In this document: positions 14,010-28,760 of the stretch, piece by piece
How the letters are laid out: each line of letters starts with the position of its first letter
How positions within the stretch are numbered: position 1 is the stretch's first letter
Origin: Eledone cirrhosa
Taxonomy: Eukaryota
NCBI GenBank assembly: GCA_964016885.1
Contig: OZ024741.1
Coordinates: 292,268,001-292,332,000, forward strand
DNA: 64,000 nt
Direction: 5' to 3'
Program-made: the position numbers and the translations under genes
The notes under the pieces: generated by a model
What the model was told of the DNA's origin: nothing
Seen by the model: the letters and a program-made list of their open reading frames with translations, nothing else
The model's database searches: none

Positions 14010-14752
14010 AACACAGTGTCACACAGTGTGACACATTGTAACACAACAGTGTAACCCATTGTAACACTACACAGTGTAGCATAGTGTAACACATGGTTGC
14101 ACACTGTAACATAGTGTAATGTAGTTTAACACAAGGCAATATAGTGTAACACAACACTGTAACACTACACTGTGTAACACAGCAACACAGTTTAACACAA
14201 CACAGTGAAACACTACACATTGTAACACAACACTGTGTTACACTACACAATGCTACACTACACAGCATAGCACTACACAGTGTATCATTCTGTAACAGTG
14301 TTACACTACACAATGTAACACTACAGTAATACTACATAGTGTAATACTACATAGTGTAACACAACACAGTGTAACACTACAGTAATACTACATAGTGTAA
14401 TACTACATAGTGTAACACTACACAGTGTAACACTACAGTAATACTACATAGTGTAATACTACATAGTGTAATACTACATAGTGTAACACTACACAATGTA
14501 ACACTACACAGTGTAACACAACAGTAATACTACATAGTATAACACTAAATAGTGTAACACAACACAGTGAAACACTACACAGTGAAACAGTACAACGTGA
14601 AACACTACAAAGTGTAAAACTCTGTTACAGTGCTACACTACTGTATGTGACACTACACAGTGTTACACTACCCAGTGCAATACAACATGGTGTAACACTA
14701 CACAGTGTAACCCTGTGTAACACAGTGTTACACTACTGAGTGTAACAGTATA
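14010..14752. repeat. Minisatellite of ~15-17-bp units (agtgtaacactacac-like)
   Basis: Direct inspection; degenerate at the edges, homogeneous at 14320-14560. Confidence 0.85.
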
Positions 14753-15319
14753 CAGTCTATTTTTGAATGTCTAATGCAATATTTCTTAACATTTCCCTCC
14801 CAATGACCCCTCTTCTTTAAACAAATTTTCCCACAGCCCCCAACCTCCAACTATCTTTATTCCCCACTCATGTTATCTAGTAAAAATAAAATATAAAAGA
14901 GAGAAGTATTATTGTACAGAGAAGAATAGATACCCATTTGTTCATAGATATTATGTTTGGAACAAACTACATATTTTGATCTTATTTCATAGACATCTGT
15001 GATCCCCTAGTTTAACCCTAAGCGATCCAACATTACAATTAATTGTTTGTTTGATTTTTTTGGTCTTCCACTCAAGCACATAACCATATATGGAAGCTGT
15101 GTGTGCAAAATAACTAAAACAATGCTAATATGTATTTTATCAATGTAAGAAGAAAAAATAGGCAAGTTAAATGTTGAGTCAGGTGGGGTTTGATTTCATA
15201 ATCTATGAAACTAAAGATAGTCAGCTATTTTCTCAAATAATTCATTGTCTCTTTCTACTTTAAAATACTCTTAACAACAATAATAACAACAACGATGACA
15301 ACAAGTACTTTTATTGATC

Positions 15320-16635
15320 TAGAAAGTGAGTTTAGGGATGAATTCAAGGTACAGGTAGAAATACATCAGTTCTTAGCCCACTTCTGTTTATCTTAGTCCT
15401 CCAGGCCATAAGAGAGTAATTTAAGACCGGTTGTGCATGAGAGCTTTTATATGCTGATAATCTGGTCCTCACAGCGGAATCTGTGGAAGAACAAGAGAAT
15501 AAATTCCAGCTGTGGAAACAGAACTTAGAATCAAAGGGCTGAGAGTAAACATAACAAAAACCAAAATGTTAATAAGTAAGAAAGAAGATAGGGCACTGAT
15601 CTCATTAGAGAAATGGCCTTGTGTGATATGTAGAAAAGGAATAGGCATAAACTCTGTATGATGTATACAATGCAAATCTTGGGTACACAAGAGGTGTAGT
15701 GGGATAACAGGCTGACAAACAGGTAAGGAAAACTTTGGATTTAGTAGCTGTTCAGATTGGTGGTAAGAGTGCCAATAATAATAATTGTTTCTACATTTGG
15801 CACAAGGCCAGCGATTACTCAGTGCATTACTGGTACTTTATTTCATCGATCCCGTAAGGATGAAAGGCAAAGTTGACTTCAGCAGGAATTGAAATCAGGC
15901 TGTAAAGGGCCGTAACTCTGTGCTGTAAAGCATAGCGTCCAACCTTCTACCGATACTGTCAATAATAATAATAAAATAAAAAATAATATAAACCAATCCC
16001 AGGAATGATCTAATGTAGTGGTTGATAGCTTCTGCTACTAAGATTGTATAATTAGCAATGGAGGCAGGTATTCCAAGAGCATACTAGGTAGAATAGGGAG
16101 AAGATGGAAGATATTTAGGGAATCATTACCTCTGTTGACTATGAAAGGTTTCTCCCTATGAATGAAAGGTCGATTGGTCGGCTGTATGACACTTGTGTGC
16201 GAAGTACAATGCTGCATGATAGTGAGGCATGGGCAGTGAATGCATAGGACTTGTGAAGACTGGAAAGAAAGGAAGCAAGCATTTTTCGTTGGATGTGTAA
16301 TGTTAATGTGTGAGAATGACAAAGCATGGATGAACTGAGGGAGAAACTTGTCATAAAAGAAACTTGTCTTGCAGGACAGGAGACTGCATTAGTATGGACA
16401 TGTGATGCACATGGATGATGATTGCTTGAAGAAAAAGTGCTAAGTAATCCCAGTGGAAGGAAGCTGCAGTAGTGGAAGACCATGGAAGAACTGGATGGAA
16501 GTGGGGAAAGCTGATATCAAATCAGTGAAGCTCACAGAGCAGATGATAAAGGAATGCGAGAATTGGAAAGATGCTGTATTTAGAAGGACGCATCCAACGA
16601 CATCCAAGAATGAAACAATGGATATAACATGATGA
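15320..16635 (+). mobile_element. Decayed 5'-truncated RTE LINE interrupted by a SINE
   Basis: ELLYADNLVL, KTKMLIS, KWPC..CRKGIG.NS, YGHV motifs with stops and frameshifts. Confidence 0.8.
15776..15963 (-). mobile_element. SINE family A nested in RTE
   Basis: Full family A sequence flanked by (AAT)n. Confidence 0.85.
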
Positions 16636-16748
16636 TATATACATACATATATATTCTGGTGAGTGTCTTGATGATAATATATATATATATATATATAAAA
16701 TAAGGTAAAATAAATAAGTCAAATGTTTAAAATTTAGCTTCGTTTATT

Positions 16749-16803
16749 ACTGCTATATATATTTCGGTGACAGCCATCTTTGGCTGTGACCTCTTCAGGC
16801 AGT
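16749..16803 (-). ncRNA. Minimal type I hammerhead ribozyme
   Basis: ACTGC-CTGAAGA-GGTCACAGCCA(AAGA)TGGCTGTCACC-GAAAT(ATAT)ATA-GCAGT-AATAAA. Confidence 0.8.
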
Positions 16804-17019
16804 CCGAATTAGTGTGGTATAGACAAGTATATATGTTGTTGAGGTGTATAATGTTGTCAATACTCTGATATGCCCAGTTCCTGGTTGGGTTGTTATTTCA
16901 CTGAGGAACTGGAATCATATGATCATATAATAACCCAACCAGGAACTGGGCATATCAGAGTATTGACAAAATTATACACCTCAACAACATATGTACTTGT
17001 CTATACCACACTAATTCGG

Positions 17020-17074
17020 ATTGCCTGAAGAGGTCACAGCCAAAGATGGCTGTCACCGAAATATATATAGCAGT
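17020..17074 (+). ncRNA. Minimal type I hammerhead ribozyme
   Basis: ATTGC-CTGAAGA-stem II-GAAAT(ATAT)ATA-GCAGT; AATAAA at 17075-17080. Confidence 0.8.
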
Positions 17075-17407
17075 AATAAACGAAGCTAAATTTTAAACAT
17101 TTGACTTATTTATTTTACCTTATTTTACATTACTCCGGAGTAACCAAACCAACCTGCACACTTTGTCGAGTGCTCTAGCCTGCATACTGAGGTGTTGGTA
17201 TACAACCAACATATACTCAAAATCTCTCTCTCTATATATATATATAAATATATGCATGGATGTATATATGTATGTTTGTATATATATATTATATGTATGT
17301 ATATATGTATGTGTGTGTGTATATATATATATCATCATCATCATCATCATCCTCGTTTAACATCCACTTTCCACGCTAGCATGGGTTAAACGGTTATATA
17401 CATATAA

Positions 17408-17456
<49 letters not shown>

Positions 17457-17585
17457 CATATATACGATTTTCAGAGTCAGGTTCGATCATCACATCGATC
17501 GTGCCTTGAGCTGGCCGCCAGAGAAACAATTGTAATATATGTCCAATAAATTCCATTCATCGCAACACTGATTCTCTTTTTTTCT

Positions 17586-17669
<84 letters not shown>

Positions 17670-17721
17670 CACACATATTTATATCATCATCATCATCGTT
17701 TAACATCTATCTTCCATGCTA

Positions 17722-17757
<36 letters not shown>

Positions 17758-17806
17758 ATAACTACGAATTGATCAACATATATATAAATAAATATAAACA
17801 TGAAAA

Positions 17807-17848
<42 letters not shown>

Positions 17849-18379
17849 TATGTATGTATGTATGTATTTCATTACACACATACACACAGTTGTTTCACAC
17901 ATTGTTATGTACATATCAATGATCAATTATCATTTATCAATACAAATTACTGAAATAACAGCAATTTCAGTTGAAATTAGAGAGAAAGTGTTATCCTCTG
18001 CCATCTATCTATTATATGGCGTCAGATAATTATGGCCTTATTACAATTGACTATTGGCTGATGTGTGTGACAATGGGATGGTAGCAAGTCTTATAAAGGC
18101 TGCACCAGCATCAGCATCACCATCATCATCGTCATTATCATTGGCATCATCCTTACTGTCTTCATTGTCATTGTTGTTGCCATCATCACCATTATCATCT
18201 CCACCACCTACATGATCAGCACCACCACCACAACTACCAACATTGTTGTTGCCATCAACATCATCATTTCCAACACTACGTATATGAACCTCAATAACAC
18301 CATGACTACCAGCATCACTGACACCCCAAGCATTACCAATACTATGATTGCCATCACCACCAATTCCAAGACTACCAGC

Positions 18380-20100
18380 ACTACCAACACCACCAACACC
18401 TCAACTAACAGCACCCAATACCACAACCTGAGCACCACCATTACCACAACTACAATCATCACCAACACCTCAACTAACAGCACCCAATACCACAACCCGA
18501 GCACCACCAACACCTCAGCTACAAGCACCACCAATACTTCAACTAACAACACCCAATACCACAACCCGAGCACCACCAATACCACAGCTGCAAGCACCAC
18601 CAACACCTCAACTAAAAACACCCAATACCACAAGCCGAGTACCACCAATACCACAGCTACAAGCACCACCAACACCTCAACTAACGACACCCAATACCAC
18701 AACCCGAGTACCACCAATACCACAGCTACAAGCACCACCAACACCTCAACTAACGACACCCAATACCACAACCCGAGTACCACCAATACCACAGCTACAA
18801 GCATCACCAACACCTCAACTAACACCCAATACCACAACCCGAGCACCACCAATACCACAGCTGCAAGCATCACCAACACCCAGACTAACAACACCCAATA
18901 CCACAACCCGAGCACCACCAACACCACAGCTGCAAGCATCACCAACACCCATACTAACAACACCCAATACCACAACCCGAGCACCACCAACACCACAGCT
19001 GCAAGCATCACCAACACCTCAACTAACACCCAATACCACAACCCGAGCACCACCAATACCACAGCTGCAAGCACCACCAACACCTCAACTAACACCCAAT
19101 ACCACAACCCGAGCACCACCAACACCACAGCTGCAACCATCACCAACACCCAGACTAACAACACCCAATACCACAACCCGAGCACCACCAACACCACAGC
19201 TGCAAGCATCACCAACACCCAGACTAACAACACCCAATACCACAACCCGAGTACCACCAATACCACAGCTGCAAGCATCACCAACACCCAGACTAACAAC
19301 ACCCAATACCACAACCCGAGTACCACCAATACCACAGCTGCAAGCATCACCAACACCTCAACTAACACCCAATACCACAACCCGAGCACCACCAATACCA
19401 CAGCTGCAAGCACCACCAACACCTCAACTAACAACACCCAATACCACAACCCGAGTACCACCAATACCACAGCTCTAAGCACCACCAACACCCAGACTAA
19501 CAACACCCAATACCACAACCCGAGCACCACCAACACCACAGCTGCAAGCATCACCAACACTTCAACTAACACACAATACCACAACCCGAGCACCACCAAT
19601 ACCACAGCTGCAAGCATCACCAACACCTCAACTAACAACACCCAATACCACAACCCGAGCACCACCAATACCACAGCTACAAGCACCACCAACACCTCAA
19701 CTAACACCCAATACCACAACCCGAGCACCACCAATACCACAGCTGCAAGCACCACCAACACCTCAACTAACACCCAATACCACAACCCGAGTACCACCAA
19801 TACCACAGCTGCAAGCACCACCAACACCTCAACTAACAACACCCAATACCACAACCCGAGTACCACCAATATCACAGCTGCAAGCATCACCAACACCTCA
19901 ACTAACACACAATACCACAACCCGAGCACCACCAATACCACAGCTGCAAGCATCACCAACACCCAGACTAACAACACCCAATACCACAACCCGAGCACCA
20001 CCAATACCACAGCTACAAGCACCACCAACACCCTGACTAACAACACCCAATACCACAACCCGAGCACCACCAATACCACAGCTACAAGCATCACCAGCAC
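18380..20100. repeat. 57/60-bp minisatellite (~29 units)
   Basis: Unit acccaataccacaacccgagcaccaccaataccacagctgcaagcatcaccaacacctcaactaac(aac); gives a Thr/Asn-rich ORF on + and a Val/Leu-rich ORF on -. Confidence 0.95.
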
Positions 20101-20462
20101 TATGATTACCATCAACATCATCAACTATGTATGTTATATAATCAATAACATCTTAATCCCCCTCATTCAAACTTATCATCATATCATCATATCATCATTA
20201 TCATCATCATCATCATTAGCATCATAAATCTTATCATATCATCATCATCATCATTAGCATCATCAATATTATCATGTCCTCATCATCAATCTTATCATAT
20301 CATCATCATCAGCATCGTTATAATCTTCATTATCATTAAACTAGCATAATCAATGTTATCAAACATCAAACTTATCATCCCAGTCATTGGCATCAACAAA
20401 ACAACACACACTATCACAAATATCATCATCAACAGCAACAGTAAGAAGTCAATAAGCCACAT

Positions 20463-20493
<31 letters not shown>

Positions 20494-20543
20494 ATAGCAG
20501 CAGCTCAGAAAAAGCAAGCATCAGCACTATTATCCTTATATTT

Positions 20544-20580
<37 letters not shown>

Positions 20581-21443
20581 CAAGTACCATCATCACCATC
20601 ACAAACATCCTCATCATCAATACCACCATCACAAGCATCCCCATCATCATTACCACTGCCAGCAACACAACCACCTCTGCTGCTGCCCCGCCACCATCAT
20701 CAACATCATCCTCATTGTATTAAATATGTATTCAGAAAATGATAAAAATGAAATTACATTGCAAAATAATATAACTGAATTTAAATAAATAATAAAACAA
20801 TGTATTAAAATGTACTAAAATATAGCATAAGAAAGTTTAATATTATTTAAATAAATTTAAATAAATCTACATAAATCTTTGCCAATTCATACATGCATAA
20901 AATTAGGAGCAAATATATGTAAACTCATCATTCCACTCTATTTGGCATCTACATACTTCCACTCATGATAAATATACACACTTTTTATTATAAATATGTA
21001 CATGCGCACACACACACATATATATATGTGTGTGTGTGTATATATATAGATATAGATATATACACACACACACACATATATATGTGTGTGTGTGTATATA
21101 TATAGATATAGATAGATATAGATATACACACACATATATGTGTGTGTGTGTATATATAGATATAGATAGATATAGATATACACACACACACACATATATA
21201 TATGTGTGTATATATATAGATATAGATAGATATAGATATAGATATTACAAAGAGTCGAGGCTTGAGGGCCGAGTTCTTGCCGTTTTGACAGCTAAATCCA
21301 GAGTTATGAATTAGCTGTTGAAACAGCAAGAGCTCAGCCATGGGGCCACCTGACTCTTTCCAATATAGTCACACTCTACTGTCCCAAGTATTAAGTACTC
21401 TGCTGAATAATGGACTTAGTAGTTAAATACTGGTTTAATCCTG

Positions 21444-21474
<31 letters not shown>

Positions 21475-21479
21475 TGTGT

Positions 21480-21700
21480 GTATCATCATCATCACCGTTT
21501 GGGTATATTAGCTTGGGTTAGATGAGTTGTCTTGTTGTGAGCAATGCCAGGTCAGGTGACTATGTCTTACTTATATAGAACTGATTTTGGCTTGATTTCT
21601 ACAGCTGGATGCTCTTCCAAATGCCAACCTCATTTACAGTGAGTACAGGGTGCTTTTTGTTGTGACACCTACACAACCACTTTACACTGTGAGTCCCACT
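21480..21700 (-). mobile_element. RTE 3'-UTR fragment with (GAT)n tail
   Basis: Matches 53380-53600. Confidence 0.65.
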
Positions 21701-21701
21701 T

Positions 21702-21769
<68 letters not shown>

Positions 21770-21898
21770 TTATGGTAGCTAAGATGCGTCCATAGGTGGT
21801 GTGCCAGTTGAGCACTCTAAGATCCTACAGAGCGGAGTATGATATAGACTTGTAAGGTCGGAAACCAAGAGAAAGAGGATTTGCTCCGAAATCAATAG

Positions 21899-21991
21899 AC
21901 GTGTCTGAGGAACCTGCGAATCCAGAGTCAGGTTCAATCCACACACAGATCGCACCTCAAGCTGTTTGCCGGGGAAACAATTGTAATACGT
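21899..21991 (+). ncRNA. Type I hammerhead ribozyme with expanded stem II
   Basis: ACGTGT-CTGAGGA-[62 nt]-GAAAC(AATT)GTA-ATACGT. Partial sister copy at 17470-17585. Confidence 0.65.
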
Positions 21992-22221
21992 AATAGATTG
22001 AGTTCCAATGCATCACTGATTCTTCGTTTTCCATTTCATATATATACATATATACACACACACAATGGTATATACCTGTTTATGGTAGGGCCAATAACAT
22101 TGTTAGAACTCTATGTAGTCTTAAAGAAAGAATCCCAACAAGACCAGGTGATGGGAGTTATTGTTTTTGTAGCAGGCTTTCGTATAAGATACTGTTGTGA
22201 ATTCTAAACAAGCTACAGAGT

Positions 22222-23113
<892 letters not shown>

Positions 23114-23167
23114 TTTGAACAATGAAAATAAAATAAAATGTAAAAATAGGTGCTTAAATAGTTTATT

Positions 23168-23296
23168 GTTTTACGATCGCTTCAGAAGATTGATTGATCA
23201 TGATACATCAATATATTGACTAAGTGATAATTTTTATGTAACTCCATAATATTAGTCTCAATACTCCAGATCCATCTCACCATCTTCATCAGAAAC
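23168..23296 (-). ncRNA. Degenerate hammerhead with ~100-nt stem II insert
   Basis: GTTT-CTGATGA-AGA...TCT-GAAGC(GATC)GTA-AAAC-AATAAA. Confidence 0.45.
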
Positions 23297-23514
23297 ATAT
23301 ATATACACTGCATGCATATAACAGACATTAAATGAAAACAAATTATATATACACATGTGAGTGAGTGTGTGTTTGCAAATTCTCATTCTCTCTCTTCTCA
23401 ACATTCCAACCATACTAAGCTTAGCCAAGTAAATAGGAATGTATGTCACTGATGTGATCTACAAAGACTGAAACATGTCTGTTGCATTATTCAGTCAAAT
23501 ATGAAAGCAGGATC

Positions 23515-23564
23515 CACTTGTATTGTATTGTCTAATATTTGATTTGAACACCACTAAGAGGAAG

Positions 23565-23602
<38 letters not shown>

Positions 23603-23652
23603 CTTCCTCTTAGTGGTGTTCAAATCAAATATTAGACAATACAATAAAAGTG
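23515..23652. repeat. Palindrome with ~52-bp arms centred on (AT)n
   Basis: 23515-23566 is the reverse complement of 23601-23652 (1 mismatch). Confidence 0.9.
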
Positions 23653-23677
23653 TATATATATAGAGAGAGAGAGAGAA

Positions 23678-23708
<31 letters not shown>

Positions 23709-24297
23709 CCATATATAAAAAGGAGGGAGGATTCAGCTTATGTTTGTGGTCAATATTTTGCCGATATTCAACAACTACAAATTCTACATAAATGAAGTGC
23801 TAAAATATTTACACTTTGGAGGTGAATGTTTCATTGGTTTTCCTTTTATTTTTGTGGCGTTTTGTTATTGATGTGTCACGTTTAAGGTGTGTTTTGAATG
23901 AATATGTTAAAAAATAATTATATGAAACAAAAACTATACTCTAAACAATGCTTAAAACATTTTCAATATCAAAATAGAGAAGCTTTATAAATATATTCTC
24001 CACTCATAAGAATTTTAAAACTACACCATCTAAACAATGTATTAATTAGCTGCCTCAGCTTCTACACGGTGTCTGGATTGTTGCCCATTTCTCAGGCTTA
24101 AAATAGGAGATCAGTTTATATCCAGATTTGCTTATATTCGAGTATATACACTATATACATGTATATAAATGATTTCATCAGAATGAAGCAGCTCTAGTTC
24201 TGTAGAAATCATTTCTATAAATAACAAAGATGCCTATACTCTAATGTATTGAGTACCTTTTTAACTGTGGTTGAAAGTTTCTAGAAACCACCCATAA

Positions 24298-24900
<603 letters not shown>

Positions 24901-24991
24901 TATACATACATACAAATACCCAAAATAAGTGTAGATAAAGGGATCACTTGACCTCTTTCAACAGCTTGAATGTCTTCTGTACCTATGAAAA

Positions 24992-25079
24992 CATATCTGA
25001 TGAAATGTTGAGGCAATGTTGGTCACCAACCATTATGACTGAACCATTTGCTGATCAATATTTAAACAATTGCCATATG
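24992..25079 (+). ncRNA. Decayed hammerhead with expanded stem II
   Basis: CATAT-CTGATGA-AATGTTGA...TCAATATT-(T)AAAC(AATT)GCC-ATATG-c-AATAAA; two core mutations. Confidence 0.5.
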
Positions 25080-25140
25080 CAATAAAGTTCATTTATGGTG
25101 CAACCTTAACTTCGTTTCTGCTTACTTATGTACATATATA

Positions 25141-28100
25141 TCATCTCATCATCGTTTAACGTCTATCTTCCACGCTAGCATGGGTTTAGACGGGAATTGT
25201 CCCACTTGAGGCAAGATTGGTTGTCTTGCTCGTGTAGGACTATCTGGCAGGTTTTCTACGGCTGGATGCCTTTCCTAACACCAACCATGTTTACAGTGTG
25301 AACTGGGAGGTTTGTACCGTGTTACCTACACGGCCACATTACAGCGTCGACTGTCTGGTTTTTTTTTTGTCGTGACACCTACACGACCTCATTTATTTAG
25401 GACTGGATGTTGTGGTACCAACATAACTTTACATCGAAAGGGGTGGTGTAGATGGGGGTGGGGGGTAGGGGTAGTGGGATGGGGGTGTATTTTGGTTAAG
25501 AGGTGCCTACTGACTGTAGGTTTCGCTTTGTACTTAGGCAAGGCGGGTCTTCTGTACTATTGCATAGCGCCAAAGATCTCAGTCCAATGACATTGTCTTG
25601 GAGAGGTGTAAGTGTGTAAGGTCGGAATTTATCAAGTCGTCCCAGGTTTTTCTGGGTCTGCCTACTCCGTAACTTCCGTCTATTTTGATCGCCCTGCACT
25701 TTTTTATACAGCTGTCGTCTTTCATGCGCATCACGTGACCATACCAACGTAGTCTTCTCTCGAGTAAACAGCATCTGATCTCTCTTATTCCTAATTTCTC
25801 ATTTAGTTCCTTTATGCTTTGCCGTTCACGTATATTACTATTACATATCCAGCGGAGCATGCAAGCTTCGTTCCTCTCCAGTCTGCGTAGATCCTCTGCA
25901 CACAATACCCATGTATCACTGCTATGTAACATTACTGTTCGTATGCAGGCATCATACAGCCTGCCTTTCATTTTTAGAGAGAAACCTTTAGCGGCCAATA
26001 GTGGTATAAGCTCTCTGAACTTTTTCCATCCCGTTCTGACTCTAGCTACCATACTTTCAGAGCACCCTCCACCACTGCTGATTTTGTCACCCAGGTAACG
26101 GAAGCTGTCCACTATTTCTATAGAACCATCTGTGCAATGGAATGAGCTAGTATTCTGTGGACACTTGCTGCTACTTATTGCACCAGAGCACCGGCCACAT
26201 ATAAAATCTATGTTCTTAGTTAGCTTACCTGTAATCCCACTACATCTTTTATGCACCCATACTTTGCATTTGAGACATAAAATGGAGTTTCTGCCTACTC
26301 CTTTCCTACACACTGATCATGGCCATTTCCCAGGGGGGACCAGTGCCCTATTTTCCTTCCTACATACTAGAACTTTAGTCTTAGACAAGTTAATTTTAAG
26401 GCCTTTTGATTCTAGGCCATGCTTCCATGTTTGGAATTTCTTCTCTAGTTCAAGCATTGATTCAGCTATGAGCGTTAGATCATCTGCGTTTAGAAGTTCC
26501 CATGGTCGCCGGTCTTGAACTCTTCTGTTATAGCCTGAAGGGCAATAATAAATAGGAGGAGGCTAAGGACGGAGCCCTGATGAACAACCAAATTTTACGC
26601 TAAACTCTTCACTATATTCGTTGTTAATTCTAACCTTGCTGACTGTTTTTTTATACATGGCTTGTATAGCTCTCACAAGCCATTCATCAACAACTAGTTT
26701 TCTGAGAGCCCACCAGATAATGGGGCGTGGGACTCTGTCAAAGGCATTTTCCAAGTCAACAAAAGTTAAGTGGAGGGGTTTACTTTTAGCTAGGTACTTC
26801 TCTTGTAGTTGTCGTACAAGGAAAAGAGCGTCTGTGGTACATTTACCTGACACAAACCCGAACTGCATTTTATCTAGGCCAATTCGCTCACTGATTAGTT
26901 GCTCTATTACTTTTTTCTGTGACCTTCATGACCTGTTCAATTAATTTAATGACTCTATAGTTTCCACTATCTAGGGCATCTCCTTTACTCTTGTAGCAGT
27001 TAATGATCAAGCTGCTACGCCAGTCCTTTGGTATGACCCCATTCTGTATGACTTGGTTTACTATCCGGGTGACCATACTGTGTCCCACTGTTCCAGATGC
27101 TTTCAGCATTTCAGCAACTATTCCCGAAGGCCCAGCCGCCTTGCCCGTCTTCATATCTTTGATTGCCTTACTTATTATACTACCTTCAACTTACACTGCT
27201 GGTCCCTCTATTGGATCGATGTGGGGGAGACTGTCTTTCTCCCATTTATTCTCCTCATTTAGTAGCCTTTCGTAGTGACACTTCCAAGCTACCTGCTTAT
27301 CAGTGTCAGTGATAGCAAGTACACCATCATCATTACGGACACACTTCTCCCCAACAATATCACGGTTTTCCTTGACACATTGCCTAGCAATCCTGAACAC
27401 CTCAGGTTTTTGGTTTGAACTTTCTTTCCTCTGCTTCCCTTCTTGCGAAGTACACTTGTCTCTTAGCTTCCCTCCTGGCCACTTGATAGTCTTCTCTACT
27501 TCCCCCATCCCGCCATACTTTCTAAGCCTGCTTTTTGGCCTTGATTGACTCCTCCACGTTACTGTTCCACCACCAAGTTACTCTCCTCCTGCCTATAGGT
27601 CTGCTCCAGCCACAGACTTCATCTGTCACCTTCAATAGGTTAGCTTTCAGGAATTCCCACTGTTCCTCTATATTCTACGACTCTAATTGCTCTTCCTTAC
27701 TGTCAAAAGCATCAAGTAATATGCTTTTAAATTTATTACTGGTTGTGGGGTCCTTTATCTTCCATATTTTTCTCTGAGGTTAGTCATCCTCTGTTATCGA
27801 GTACGTCTCGTCCTGACTATGAGGTCGCTAACTATAAGGCTATGCTGGCAGGTGCATTCTTCATGGGGGAGGGATTTAGTGTTTACAACAGACACTCCGT
27901 CACGTCTTCTGGTAAGGATATAATCTATCTGACTGGCGTGTTCCCTTGATCTATAGGTGATGATTTTTTGAAGTTTGTGTTACAGATAGTTAGGTTATTT
28001 GCGTCACAGAATTCCAGGATTCTGGAGCCTTCCTCATTTCTAGTACCAAACCCATAGCCTCCATGGATTCCGTCATAGCCGTCACAATGTTGTCCATTGA

Positions 28101-28760
28101 GACCATTTAGGTCGCCAGCAATAATTATGTAGTCACTGTCGGTTATTTGGGAGGTAGTGAGCATTAACGACTCATAGAATCTGTCTTTTATAACGCCAGG
28201 CAGTCCGGATTGGGGTGCATACGCAGATATTATTGTCACAGTAGTTCTGTTTAGGACAAGTCTTATTTTAATTATTCTGTCGTTCACTCTATTTACGTCT
28301 ATTATCTTATCTACCCATTTTTCTGCTAGCATGATTCCTACTCCACCCAGCCCATTGTCATTTCCCACCCAGAAAAGCTTATAGCATCGTTTTTTTACCC
28401 ACAATGAATCCAGCAGACCCACCCCTCCACCTGGTCTCTTGAATACAGCAAACATCAACTTCCTTACGTTCAAGCATCTCTACAACCTCGTTAGAGCGAC
28501 CTTTTAAGGTGCCTACATTCATGGTACCAACTCTGAAGTTTTGGATTGCGTTTGGTGGGTGGTAAGGATGGGGCACAGGAGGGGTGATGAAGATGGGGTT
28601 ATGTTAGCCGTCCGCGGCTGAAATAAAGAGGAAGAGCCCTTGCATTCTCGTCCGGCAGCATGAGGTGAATTTGTCTTTATCTTTGGCATTGTCATTGAGT
28701 GTCCAGATTTTTCAGACTCTCAAGAATTCCATAGTCCATCCATCATATGGAAAGGCAACC
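25141..28760 (-). mobile_element. Near full-length RTE-clade LINE (APE endonuclease plus RT), frameshifted
   Basis: Fragments: TMNVGTL..CIQETRW, ISAYAPQ, AGDLNG (APE); MKTGKAAGPSG, QFGF, FVDLENAFDRVP, RRLRWYGHV (RT); ~400-bp 3' UTR and (GAT)n tail. 5' boundary approximate. Confidence 0.95.

Larger units (their letters stand above)
16697..17126. mobile_element. Inverted pair of Penelope-type pseudo-LTRs (195-bp arms, 40-nt spacer)
   Basis: 16697-16891 is the near-perfect reverse complement of 16932-17126. Each arm carries a hammerhead and AATAAA. Confidence 0.85.
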
